A DNA stretch of 64,000 nucleotides. Source: Magnetococcales bacterium DC0425bin3. Lineage in GTDB: Bacteria > Pseudomonadota > Magnetococcia > Magnetococcales > DC0425bin3. Below, in pieces: positions 10,395 to 19,312 of this stretch. The position numbers were made by a program, and so were the translations under genes. Below the pieces are notes generated by a model. The model saw only the letters and a program-made list of their open reading frames with translations, did no database searches and was not told the DNA's origin. Every line of letters begins with the position of its first letter. The first letter of the stretch is position 1. The stretch lies in the NCBI GenBank assembly GCA_002753665.1, contig PEAP01000006.1:5680-69679 (forward strand). Reading direction: 5' to 3'.

Positions 10395-11171
10395 ATGCCG
10401 CGCTTCCTGCCCCGCCCCACCCTCGGCTTCATCCAGATCGTGCGCCGGCATTTCCTCGTCTGGCGCAAGACCTCCGCGGCGTCCCTGGTGGGCAATCTGG
10501 GGGAACCCCTGCTCTATCTCACCGGCATGGGCTACGGCCTGGGGCGCTTCGTGGGTGACATCGGCTCCCTGCCCTATCTGGTGTTCGTGGCCGCGGGCAT
10601 TCTCTCGGCCAGCAGCATGAACACCGCCACCTTCGAGGCCCTCTACGGCGGGTTCACCCGCATGACCCGGCAGAATACCTACCATGCCATGCTGGCCACT
10701 CCCCTGGGGGTGGCGGACGTGGTCCTGGGTGAGGTGGTCTGGGCCGCAGTCAAATCCCTGTTCGCCGGACTGGCCATCTTCCTGGTGGGTACCCTGCTGG
10801 GGGCCTTTCCCGGTCCCCAGGCCTGGCTGGCCCTGCCGGTGGTGTTCCTTGCCGGGCTGGTGTTCGGTGGCATCGGCATGGTGGTGACCGCGATATCCCC
10901 CGGATACGATTTTTTCCTCTACTATTTCACTTTGGTGTCCACCCCCATGTTTCTCTTCTGCGGCGTCTTCTATCCCGTTGCCTCGCTGCCCGAGGGCGTC
11001 CAGACGCTGGTGGCGGCCCTGCCCCTCACCCATGTGGTGGCCCTCATCCGACCCCTCGGTTCCGGCACGCCCCCGGAGGATGTCATGGTCCATCTGGGCG
11101 CGCTGCTGCTGTTCGCGCTGACGGCCTATCCCATCGCGGTCCTGCTGATCAAACGCCGCATCATCGTGTAG
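10395..11171 (+). CDS. ABC-2 type transporter permease (NodJ-like)
   Basis: ATG 10395 lies 5 nt after the ATPase stop. About six hydrophobic segments. The upstream part of ORF 9417..11171 overlaps the ATPase gene in another frame. Confidence 0.75.
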   Translation: MPRFLPRPTLGFIQIVRRHFLVWRKTSAASLVGNLGEPLLYLTGMGYGLGRFVGDIGSLPYLVFVAAGILSASSMNTATFEALYGGFTRMTRQNTYHAMLATPLGVADVVLGEVVWAAVKSLFAGLAIFLVGTLLGAFPGPQAWLALPVVFLAGLVFGGIGMVVTAISPGYDFFLYYFTLVSTPMFLFCGVFYPVASLPEGVQTLVAALPLTHVVALIRPLGSGTPPEDVMVHLGALLLFALTAYPIAVLLIKRRIIV

Positions 11172-11181
11172 AAAGCCTCCC

Positions 11182-12045
11182 ATGTGGTGGTTTCCCCTGA
11201 CCCTGGCCACGGCGGTCGCCGAATCCTTCAAGGACCTCCTGGCCAAGCGCGCCCATGGCCGCCTGGACCCCTGGTTGACCGCCTGGGGCCTGATGGTTTT
11301 CACCCTGCCCTTTCTGCTGCCCCTGCTGTGGATCCTGCCCCCCCCCCGGTTTGGCCCTCAGTTCTGGCCGGCGGTGGTGAGCGGGGCGTTGTGCAACACG
11401 GTAGCGTTCTTTCTCTACATCCACGCCGTGCGGCGCTCCGATCTGTCCCTCACCACCCCCATTCTGGCCTTCTCTCCGGTGCTGTTGCTGCTCACCTCCC
11501 CCATCATGGTGGGGGAATCCCCCTCCCCGGGAGGCCTGGTCGGCATCCTGCTGGTGGTGGGCGGCAGCTACATCCTCAACCTGGGCCCCCGGGGCGGCGG
11601 CCCCTGGGCGCCGTTCCTGGCCATGCTGACCCTGCCCGGCCCCCGGCTCATGCTGGGGGTAGCCGCCATCTGGGGGGTCACCGCCAACCTGGACAAGATC
11701 GCGGTGGTCAACTCATCGCCCCTGCATTACGCCTTCGCACTCTTTGCCCTGATGGCCCTGTTCATGGCCCCTCCCGCCCTGTACATGGCCCGGGGCCACC
11801 TCCGGCAGGTTCCCGCCAACCTGGGCCTGCTGCTTCTGCTGGGCGGGTTGAACGCCTTCGCCATTCTCTGCCAGATGGTCGCCGTGCAGCAGACCCTGGT
11901 GGTCTACGTCATCGCTGTCAAACGCACCGGCGGGGTGCTGGGCGTGGTGTGGGGTTGGCTGTTTCTCAAGGAGCCTGACATCGTCAACCGCCTGCTGGGC
12001 GCAGCCATCATGGCTGCCGGCGTGGCCCTCATCGCCCTGGCCTGA
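11182..12045 (+). CDS. EamA/DMT-family transporter
   Basis: 287-aa polytopic protein with two halves of about five TM segments, typical of drug/metabolite transporter family proteins. Confidence 0.65.
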   Translation: MWWFPLTLATAVAESFKDLLAKRAHGRLDPWLTAWGLMVFTLPFLLPLLWILPPPRFGPQFWPAVVSGALCNTVAFFLYIHAVRRSDLSLTTPILAFSPVLLLLTSPIMVGESPSPGGLVGILLVVGGSYILNLGPRGGGPWAPFLAMLTLPGPRLMLGVAAIWGVTANLDKIAVVNSSPLHYAFALFALMALFMAPPALYMARGHLRQVPANLGLLLLLGGLNAFAILCQMVAVQQTLVVYVIAVKRTGGVLGVVWGWLFLKEPDIVNRLLGAAIMAAGVALIALA

Positions 12046-12091
12046 CCGGTCCGGAGAGTCTGGGCTTTCTTGAACGATGGCGACGGAAGAT

Positions 12092-12107
12092 CTTCCCCAT
12101 CCATCGA
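12092..12107 (-). repeat. 16-nt fragment of the two-hairpin repeat family (copy L)
   Basis: CTTCCCCATCCATCGA matches the terminal CTTCCCCCATCCATC(A/G)A of the full copies and is nearly the reverse complement of the fragment at 38367-38382. Confidence 0.5.
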
Positions 12108-12134
12108 GGTTATGCAGCCATCAATCTATATGAT

Positions 12135-12163
12135 TTGCAAATTCTTTTTCCGAACTATATTAA
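12135..12163 (+). promoter_or_regulatory. candidate sigma70-type promoter in the only strongly AT-rich spacer
   Basis: TTGCAA (12135-12140), 17-nt spacer, TATTAA (12158-12163), inside the AT-rich stretch ~12100-12215 upstream of the SCP2/RND block. Confidence 0.3.
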
Positions 12164-12409
12164 AGTTTCAGAATGTTCTAATATTCGACTTCACTTGAAT
12201 TTGCAGGTGTGCTACCATGGACGGCGCAGGTGGGGAAGATCCGGCCCAATCCGGCCAAAAAAGACCGGCCGGGTTGACCGTAAACCCTGGAAAGGGGTTG
12301 GAAAGGTCAGCTAGACTGACAAATGGTGCCGTAACCGTATCCGCCGCCCAAGGGGAAAATCGATGGAGAATCGGGCTGGAACGGGCACCGCACATCGATC
12401 GTCGCGCTG

Positions 12410-12438
12410 CCGGCCCCCCAACGGGCCGGAGCGGTTTT
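12410..12438 (+). terminator. terminator-like hairpin inside the long leader (possible attenuator)
   Basis: CCGGCCC / GGGCCGG stem (12410-12416, 12423-12429), then AGCGG and TTTT (12435-12438). Lies ~45 nt before the SCP2 start. Confidence 0.3.
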
Positions 12439-12481
12439 CGTTACCATGCCGATCATCATCACGAAGGGGAGAACCATCATC

Positions 12482-12877
12482 ATGGCTGGGCTTTTTTCTG
12501 CGGAGTGGATGGCAAAATTCATGGCCGAGTGGAACAAGGAGCCGGAGCTGGCCGATGCATTGGCCAAGATCGACTTCAATTCCACCATCGCCTACGGGAT
12601 CGACGGCGAGGACAAGCCCCGGGGGATCCTGGTGGTGACCAAGGGCAAGGCCACCAAGGGAGCGACCTACGGCGGCGAGGACATGAGCTGGGATCTGCGG
12701 GCTTCCGAGGAGAACTGGAACAAGTGGATCGCCAAGGGCATCGGCATGGGCGGTCTGGCCAAGGCCTACACCTTCCGGCAGTTGAAGTTCAAGGTGGGGG
12801 ACTACGGCGCCATGATCAAGGACCCGCGCATGGCCGGTCCCTTCATCAAGAGCTTCACGGTGATGGGTCGGGTCTGA
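12482..12877 (+). CDS. SCP2 (sterol-carrier-protein-2)-like lipid-binding domain protein, cytoplasmic
   Basis: 131-aa protein MAGLFSAEWMAKFMAEWNK... with an SCP2-like pattern (...WDLRASEENWNKWIAKG...AYTFRQLKFKVGDYGAMIKD...). No signal peptide. GGGGAG RBS before ATG 12482. Confidence 0.5.
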   Translation: MAGLFSAEWMAKFMAEWNKEPELADALAKIDFNSTIAYGIDGEDKPRGILVVTKGKATKGATYGGEDMSWDLRASEENWNKWIAKGIGMGGLAKAYTFRQLKFKVGDYGAMIKDPRMAGPFIKSFTVMGRV

Positions 12878-12983
12878 GCCCTTCCCGGCAGGATCCGTTC
12901 CGGACCGGGGTCCTGGGACCCCGGTCCGGCGCACCGGTGGTCGGAGAGGGAGGCATCAGCATCGCATGAGAGGGTTTGATCCC

Positions 12984-14162
12984 ATGTCTTATCGCAAAGC
13001 GTCACTGCCGGCGTTGCCGCTGGCCCTGGCCGGTTGGCTGGTCGTTGCGGCTCCGGCCGCCGCGGCCGGCATTCCCGTGGCCAATCAGCCGACGGTCACC
13101 GTCGAGGCGGGGGCCATCGGCGCCACCACCACCCTGGGTGGGACGGTGGTGCCGTTCCGGGAGGTCTCCTTTTCCGCCCAACTGCCAGGCCGGGTGGAGT
13201 ATCTGGCCGGGGTGGAAGGGGACTGGGTCAAGAAGGGCAACGTGCTGGTGGCCCTGGATGATGATGACCTGCTGGCCAAACGCAACCAGATTCTGGCGGG
13301 CATGGAGACCGCCATGGCCGGCCTGCGCAATGCCCGGGTGCAGTTCGTCCGGCAGCAATACACCGGCCAGCCCCAGGGCATGAGCGGCATGGGCATGCCC
13401 AGCATGATGGACGAGGCGCTCACCCGCCCCATGGAAAACATGTTCAAGGGCGGGTCCAACGATGTCAATCGCCGGGCCCAGCTCTACAACCAGGGGGTGC
13501 AGATCGACCAGGCCCGCTGGCAGTACCAACAAGCCCGGGCCCAGCTCCAGGAATTGGACGCCCATATCCGGGATGCCCGCTCCATCGCGCCCTTCGACGG
13601 GGTGATCGTGCGCAAGACCGTGGAAGTGGGCGACACGGTGCAGCCCGGCATGCCCCTGCTGGCCTTCGCCGATACCGTCCACCTGCAGATCAAGGTGGAT
13701 GTGCCCGCACGCCTGATGCCCGGCATCAAGAAGGGCATGTCCATTCCGGCCAAGCTGGACGTGGGGGATACCCACATCGAGACCAAGGTCGCCCAGGTCT
13801 TCCCCATGGCCGACGCCCAACGCCACACCGTGACCATCAAGCTGGATCTGCCCCAGAACGCCCCCGGCGGACCGGGCATGTACGCGGAAGTGGTCATTCC
13901 CGACATCACCACCCCGGTGGAAAACCTGCCGGTGATTCCCAAGTCGGCGGTGCGCTGGAACGGCAGTCTGCCCGGAGTCTATGTGGTCACCGGCAAGGAC
14001 GAAGCGGAGCTGCGCATGGTTCGTCTGGGTGGGTTCGTCGACGGCAACAGCGTCAGCGTCCTCTCCGGCCTGAAGACCGGGGAGCGGATCCTGGCCGCGC
14101 CCCCCAACAACCAGACCGGCGACAGCAACGATAGCGGCGGCGGCCGTCCCCAGGCCGAGTGA
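12984..14162 (+). CDS. RND efflux periplasmic adaptor (membrane fusion protein, HlyD family)
   Basis: N-terminal signal/anchor (LPALPLALAGWLVVAAPAAAAG). Central alpha-hairpin segment (RRAQLYNQGVQIDQARWQYQQARAQLQELDAHI) flanked by beta-rich regions. Precedes the RND gene. ATG 12966 is an alternative start. Confidence 0.75.
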   Translation: MSYRKASLPALPLALAGWLVVAAPAAAAGIPVANQPTVTVEAGAIGATTTLGGTVVPFREVSFSAQLPGRVEYLAGVEGDWVKKGNVLVALDDDDLLAKRNQILAGMETAMAGLRNARVQFVRQQYTGQPQGMSGMGMPSMMDEALTRPMENMFKGGSNDVNRRAQLYNQGVQIDQARWQYQQARAQLQELDAHIRDARSIAPFDGVIVRKTVEVGDTVQPGMPLLAFADTVHLQIKVDVPARLMPGIKKGMSIPAKLDVGDTHIETKVAQVFPMADAQRHTVTIKLDLPQNAPGGPGMYAEVVIPDITTPVENLPVIPKSAVRWNGSLPGVYVVTGKDEAELRMVRLGGFVDGNSVSVLSGLKTGERILAAPPNNQTGDSNDSGGGRPQAE

Positions 14163-14244
14163 TACCACCCGGAATCCGCCCCCCCCCGGCCCCGCGTGCC
14201 GGGGGGGGGGCGGTCACAGGCTCTCATCGACAGGTTTCTGACCC

Positions 14245-17200
14245 ATGTCCGAGCAACCCAAACAACCCGGGACGCCATCCAATCCCGATCTGGCTCAATA
14301 CTCCCCCCACAAGAATCTGGGAGTGGCGGGCGGCATGGCCAAGGCGTTCATCCACTCGCCCTTGTCGCCATTGTTCCTGTTCGCCTGCTTGGCCATGGGG
14401 TTGATGGGCCTGTTGCTGACCCCGCGCCAGGAGGATCCGCAGATCTCGGTGCCCATGGTGGACATTTTCGTCCGCTATCCCGGCGCCGTCAGCCAGCAGG
14501 TGGCCACGCTGGTGACGGATCCCCTGGAACGGATCATGAGCGAAATCCACGGCGTCAAACATGTCTACTCCGCCTCCATGCGCGGCGAGGCCATGGTGAC
14601 CGTGGAGTTCGACGTGGGCGAGAACCTGGAGGACTCCATCGTCAAGCTGCGGGACAAGATCATGTCCAACATGGACAAGGTCCCGCCCGGGGTGGAAACG
14701 CCCCTGATCAAGCCCATGGCGGTGGACGACGTGCCGATGGTGACCCTCACCCTCTGGTCCCACGATCTCAACGACTCGGAACTGCGGGTGCTGTCCCTGG
14801 ACGTGCTGCAACGCCTGAAGGAAGTGGAGAACACCAGCAAGGGTTTCGTGGTGGGTGGCCGGGCCGAGCAGTTGCGGGTGGACGTGATGCCCGAACGGCT
14901 CTCGGGTTTCAAGATCAGCATGGATCAGATCGCCCAGACCATCAAGACCGCCAACAGCGTCCAGGGCGTCGGCGATGTGGAGTCCGGCGACGTGGGCCGC
15001 AAGGTCTATACCGGCAAATGGCTGCAGAACGCCCAGGATCTGCGCCGGCTGGTGTTGAGTACCCACCAGGGCGTGCCGGTCTACCTGGGGGACGTGGCCA
15101 AGGTGGAATCCGCCCCCGAGGAAACCAGCCAGATGGTCGCCTATTACAGTGGCCCTGCCTATCGGGACAACACCCCCCAGGCCAACGGCGCCCCGGCGGT
15201 GACCATCGCCATCGCCAAGAAGATGGGCAGCAACGGCGTCTCGGTGGCCAACGATCTGCTGGACAAGGTGGAGGAACTCAAGGGCCGTCTGATTCCCAGC
15301 AACGTCTATGTGGCGGTCACCCGCAACTATGGCGAGACCGCCAACGAAAAGGTCAACGAACTGCTCTTCAAGCTGTGCATCGCTACCCTGGCGGTGACCG
15401 TGCTGGTGTGGTTCTTCCTGGGACTGCGGCCGGCGGTGGTCACCCTGATCGTGATTCCCGTGGTGATCCTGATGACGGTGTTCGCCGCCTGGATCATGGG
15501 GTACACCATCGACCGGGTGAGCCTGTTCGCCCTGATCTTTTCCATCGGCATCCTGGTGGACGACGCCATCGTGGTGGTGGAAAACATCTACCGCCGCTGG
15601 CTGCTGGAGGACAACTGCTGCCACATCATCTCCGTGGACGCGGTGCGGGAGGTTGGCAACCCCACCATCCTGGCCACCTTCACGGTCATCGCCGCCCTGC
15701 TGCCCATGGGCTTCGTGCGCGGCATGATGGGTCCCTACATGGAACCGATTCCCGCCCTGGGATCGGTGGCCATGCTGTTCTCCCTGTTCGCCGCCTTCAT
15801 CTTCACCCCCTGGCTCACCCAGTTGATCAAGCCCAGCCTGCGCTCCCTGCATATCCATTCGGAAAAGGAGCATGCCCAGGCGGAGCGCATGGAGCGGTTC
15901 TACCGCTGGATCATTCCCCAGTTGATCCATTCCAAGGCCAAGGGGTTCGGTTTTCTGTTCGGCATGGTCTTCATCTTCTTCCTCTGCATGGTGATGTTCT
16001 ATACCCAGAGCGTGGCGGTGAAGATCATGCCCCTGGACAACAAGCCCGAGTTCAACGTGGTGGTCAACATGTCCGAGGGCACTGCCATGCCCAAGACCGC
16101 CAATCTGGTCCAGCAGCTGACCAACGAACTCCGCAACAAGATTCCGGAGATCATCGCCCTCCAGACCTATGTGGCCACCGCCTCCCCGTTCAACTTCAAC
16201 GGCATGGTGCGTCACTACTATCTGCGGCGCGAGCCCTGGCAGGGTGACATCCAGGTGCAGCTGGTCCACAAGAGCGAGCGGGAGCGGACCAGCCATGAAC
16301 TGGCCATTCTGGCCCGCCATATTCTCACCCCCATCGCCCGACAGGCCGGCGCCCGGATCGAGGTGGTGGAAATGCCCCCGGGACCGCCGGTGCTGCAGTC
16401 GGTGGTGGCCGAGGTGACCGGCCCCACGGCCCAGATCCGCCATCAGGTGGCCCAACAGATGACCCGGTTCTTCGAGGATGCCCACAACATCGTCGATGAG
16501 GACAACTACATCCAGGAACCGTTCGAGGTCTGGCGGTTCGAGGTGGACACCGAAAAAGCCGTGCGGCGGGGCGTTTCGGTGGATGCCATCAACCGCAACC
16601 TGGGGATGGCCATGGGCGGGGCGCGTCTGGGCGACATCAAGCGCGGTCGGGTGCTGGAGCCGACCTACATCGTCATCCAGGTGCCCCTCAACGTGCGCGC
16701 CCAGATCACCAGCCTGGCCGAACTGCCCGTCATGTCCACCACCGGGACCACCATCCCCCTGGGCGAGCTGGGGCGGTTTGTCCGGGAACCCCAGGATCCC
16801 ATCATCTTCCACAAGGATCTGCGCCCGGTGGAATTCGTCACCGGCGAGGTGGAAGGGGTTCTGGACGCTCCCATCTATGGCATGATGGAAGTGGAAAAGA
16901 TGCTGGAGAACTACACCACCCCGGATGGGGTGAAGATGTCCGGCTACTACATGGGGCCGCCGGAAACCACCACCCGCTCCGGCTTCGAGTGGACCGGAGA
17001 ATGGACCGTCACCTACGAAACCTTCCGGGACATGGGCATGGCCTTCGGAGTGGCCCTGATCCTCATCTACATGTTGGTGGTGTGGGAATTCGGCAACTTC
17101 GTCCTGCCGGCCATCATCATGGCCCCCATTCCCCTGACCCTGATGGGCATCATCCCGGGCCATTGGCTGCTGGACGCCAAGTTCACCGCCACTTCCATGA

Positions 17201-18090
17201 TCGGCTTCATCGCCCTGGCCGGGATCATCGTGCGCAATTCCATTCTGCTGGTGGATTTTTCCCAGCAGGAGGTCCTCAAGGGCGTGCCCCTGATGGACGC
17301 GGTGATCATGTCCTGCAAGGCCCGGACCCGGCCCATTCTCATCACCGCCCTGGCCCTGGTGGCCGGGTCGTCGGTGATCCTCTCCGACTTCATCTTCATG
17401 GGCATGGCCATCAGCCTGCTGTTCGGCGTGCTGATCTCCACCCTGCTGACTCTGCTTGTGATTCCCCTGGGCTGCATCAGCGCCAAGAACGCCTTCCGCT
17501 ATCCAACGCGGCAGGAGGCCGAGGAGATGGGCTATCCGGTGGCGCCGGGTGTCCTGGCCGCTCCCGCCATGCCGAGGGACAACGCCTGCAGCGACAGTGC
17601 CTGCGCCGCCCCGGAGATCGAAGAAGCCTCGCCGCCCGCGCCAGCGGCACAGTCGGCCGAGCTCCCGCCGGCACAGTCGGTCGAGCCCTCGCCGGCACAG
17701 TCGGTCGAATCCGTGACCCAGCCGGAACCACCTGCCGGTTCCGCCCTGCCGGAAGCGCCACAGACAGCGCCACCCCAGGCAGAGGTGCGGCAGCCGGACT
17801 CCGATCCCGGTCAGGCCACGCCTCCCGAGCCACCGGCGGCTCCCGCAACCGCCTTGGAATTGCTGGAGGCGGTGCATCAGGCCATTGAGCCTGCCCCGGT
17901 TCTGGAAACCGCCCAACCTGATTCCAGGACAGAGACCGCCTCCCTGGATCAGGACGAGGAAACCCGGGATGACCTCCCGGAACAGATCACCTCCGAGGCC
18001 CCGGCTGGAGGGGACAAAGGCAGCGGCAAAGCCGTCGCTCCCCGCCGGGGCATCCGTCTCAAACCCCCGTCAGGCAAGGGGCCGTCATGA
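14245..18090 (+). CDS. RND (AcrB/HAE-type) efflux transporter with ~200-aa disordered P/A/E/Q-rich C-terminal tail
   Basis: About 1040-aa core with the two-fold 1+5 TM / large periplasmic loop RND architecture. After ...LLVIPLGCISAKNAF (about nt 17500) comes a low-complexity acidic tail ending in a basic patch (KGSGKAVAPRRGIRLKPPSGKGPS). Confidence 0.9.
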   Translation: MSEQPKQPGTPSNPDLAQYSPHKNLGVAGGMAKAFIHSPLSPLFLFACLAMGLMGLLLTPRQEDPQISVPMVDIFVRYPGAVSQQVATLVTDPLERIMSEIHGVKHVYSASMRGEAMVTVEFDVGENLEDSIVKLRDKIMSNMDKVPPGVETPLIKPMAVDDVPMVTLTLWSHDLNDSELRVLSLDVLQRLKEVENTSKGFVVGGRAEQLRVDVMPERLSGFKISMDQIAQTIKTANSVQGVGDVESGDVGRKVYTGKWLQNAQDLRRLVLSTHQGVPVYLGDVAKVESAPEETSQMVAYYSGPAYRDNTPQANGAPAVTIAIAKKMGSNGVSVANDLLDKVEELKGRLIPSNVYVAVTRNYGETANEKVNELLFKLCIATLAVTVLVWFFLGLRPAVVTLIVIPVVILMTVFAAWIMGYTIDRVSLFALIFSIGILVDDAIVVVENIYRRWLLEDNCCHIISVDAVREVGNPTILATFTVIAALLPMGFVRGMMGPYMEPIPALGSVAMLFSLFAAFIFTPWLTQLIKPSLRSLHIHSEKEHAQAERMERFYRWIIPQLIHSKAKGFGFLFGMVFIFFLCMVMFYTQSVAVKIMPLDNKPEFNVVVNMSEGTAMPKTANLVQQLTNELRNKIPEIIALQTYVATASPFNFNGMVRHYYLRREPWQGDIQVQLVHKSERERTSHELAILARHILTPIARQAGARIEVVEMPPGPPVLQSVVAEVTGPTAQIRHQVAQQMTRFFEDAHNIVDEDNYIQEPFEVWRFEVDTEKAVRRGVSVDAINRNLGMAMGGARLGDIKRGRVLEPTYIVIQVPLNVRAQITSLAELPVMSTTGTTIPLGELGRFVREPQDPIIFHKDLRPVEFVTGEVEGVLDAPIYGMMEVEKMLENYTTPDGVKMSGYYMGPPETTTRSGFEWTGEWTVTYETFRDMGMAFGVALILIYMLVVWEFGNFVLPAIIMAPIPLTLMGIIPGHWLLDAKFTATSMIGFIALAGIIVRNSILLVDFSQQEVLKGVPLMDAVIMSCKARTRPILITALALVAGSSVILSDFIFMGMAISLLFGVLISTLLTLLVIPLGCISAKNAFRYPTRQEAEEMGYPVAPGVLAAPAMPRDNACSDSACAAPEIEEASPPAPAAQSAELPPAQSVEPSPAQSVESVTQPEPPAGSALPEAPQTAPPQAEVRQPDSDPGQATPPEPPAAPATALELLEAVHQAIEPAPVLETAQPDSRTETASLDQDEETRDDLPEQITSEAPAGGDKGSGKAVAPRRGIRLKPPSGKGPS
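17647..17718 (+). repeat. 3 x 24-bp in-frame tandem repeat in the RND tail
   Basis: GCACAGTCGGCCGAGCTCCCGCCG / GCACAGTCGGTCGAGCCCTCGCCG / GCACAGTCGGTCGAATCCGTGACC, encoding AQSAELPP-AQSVEPSP-AQSVESVT. Confidence 0.85.
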
Positions 18091-19112
18091 TCACAGCCGC
18101 CATCCGATGGCCCATCCCGGTATCGCCTGCGCTGACTGCCACCGCCCTGGTTCTGACTCTGGGGTTGGGAGTCTCCGCCCAGGCCTTCGAGGGCAACTCT
18201 CCCCAGGAGTGGAACCCCGGATTCAGCGGAGCCAATGGCCCGGAACAGACCCCCATGCCGCCCGGCGGCCCCGGCGAGGGGTTTTCCGGACCCGGCGCCC
18301 CCTCCGGCGGATCCTACGGTCCGCCTGCCGAGGGCATCGCACCCGGCGGCGGACCGCCCGGTCAGGAGCCGATGTCGGGCCATGACCGTCCGCCAGTCGA
18401 TCATTGGAGCGGTTCCGGTGGCCCGCAGCCCTCCGGACCTTCCGGCTCTCCCTACCGGTGGGACAACCCGCCCCCGGGCATGGGATCGGATTGGACTCCC
18501 GGCGCCGAGTCACCCGGCGATGGCAGGCCCGCACCGACCGATGGGGTCACCGCTCCAAAAGGTTACCCAGACCCCCGCGGCCCCTATTCCGATGGCAATG
18601 CAGCCCCACCCTATCAGGGACCGATGGGCTATCCGGGCCAAATGCCCCAGATGCCATGGACGCGGCAGTCCCCCTGGAACGGACCGGCCCCCCATCCCGG
18701 CGCCATGGGCAACATGCCGGATCCCGGCGCCGGTGCGTGGGGCGGCCCCCCCACCCAACAGGCTCCCGAGGGCGCCGGGCGTGGCTATTATCCACCCCAG
18801 CAGGGTGGCGGACCGCCCACCGGCACCTACCCGCCGCAGATGGTTCCTTATCAGGGGGGCGGTATGGGATCCTATGGACCGCCCAGCCAGGGCAATTATG
18901 GCGGTGGACCTCCACTGGGCGGTGGGGGACGACCCCAGCCGTCCTCTCAGCCCCCCCCGTGGAATGGCGGCAACTGGCAGTCCCAGCCGCCGCCGTCGCC
19001 ACCCATGGGTGGCGGCTATCCACCATGGTCCACCCCCCCTGCCTATCAAGGTCGTTCTCCGGCGGACCAGGGCAGTCAGACAGGTCCCGGCTATCGGCAG
19101 CCCGGGTATTGA
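18087..19112 (+). CDS. secreted P/G-rich intrinsically disordered protein (341 aa)
   Basis: ATG overlaps the RND stop (ATGA at 18087-18090). Signal peptide ...LVLTLGLGVSAQA|FE. The rest is almost entirely P/G/S/Q/Y/W low complexity with no recognisable domain. Confidence 0.7.
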   Translation: MITAAIRWPIPVSPALTATALVLTLGLGVSAQAFEGNSPQEWNPGFSGANGPEQTPMPPGGPGEGFSGPGAPSGGSYGPPAEGIAPGGGPPGQEPMSGHDRPPVDHWSGSGGPQPSGPSGSPYRWDNPPPGMGSDWTPGAESPGDGRPAPTDGVTAPKGYPDPRGPYSDGNAAPPYQGPMGYPGQMPQMPWTRQSPWNGPAPHPGAMGNMPDPGAGAWGGPPTQQAPEGAGRGYYPPQQGGGPPTGTYPPQMVPYQGGGMGSYGPPSQGNYGGGPPLGGGGRPQPSSQPPPWNGGNWQSQPPPSPPMGGGYPPWSTPPAYQGRSPADQGSQTGPGYRQPGY

Positions 19113-19119
19113 GTCAACG

Positions 19120-19150
19120 GGCCGGGGCCATGGGCTCCGGCCCCTCTTTT
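19120..19150 (+). terminator. rho-independent terminator after the P/G-rich gene
   Basis: GGCCGGGGCC / GGCTCCGGCC stem (one G-U pair), 3-nt loop, followed by CCTCTTTT. Confidence 0.6.
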
Positions 19151-19312
19151 CGGCCCGGCTGTTATCGTGCCAGCCGCGCGCCAGTCGCGCTTCGGGCCTT
19201 CGAGAAACGCGGGGGAGGTATATAAACCTCCCCCCCCCAGGAAGGTTGACGCAGGACTGTTCTGGAACGCCCAGCGCATTCCAGGCAGGATTCGGGATTG
19301 GTGGAAGCCAAG

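Noticed and set aside
12185-12215. Sigma-54 promoter-like TTGCA element (CTTCACTTGAATTTGCA)
   Set aside because: The -24 element lacks the invariant GG (TTCAC instead of TGGCAC).
12216-12481. Known riboswitch class in the long leader (fluoride, c-di-GMP, cobalamin and Mn classes considered)
   Set aside because: I could not match any conserved core sequence from memory. It is kept only as an unclassified leader and needs an Rfam scan.
12217-12969. 250-aa ORF overlapping the SCP2-like gene in another frame
   Set aside because: It has G/R/H-rich shadow composition and no RBS. The SCP2-like frame has an RBS and domain-like sequence.
14224-17916. 1230-aa ORF on the minus strand spanning the RND gene
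   Set aside because: It is antisense to a clearly recognisable AcrB-type RND gene. Its translation is G/H/R/D/Q/P-rich with no motifs or TM pattern. This is a typical GC-driven shadow ORF.
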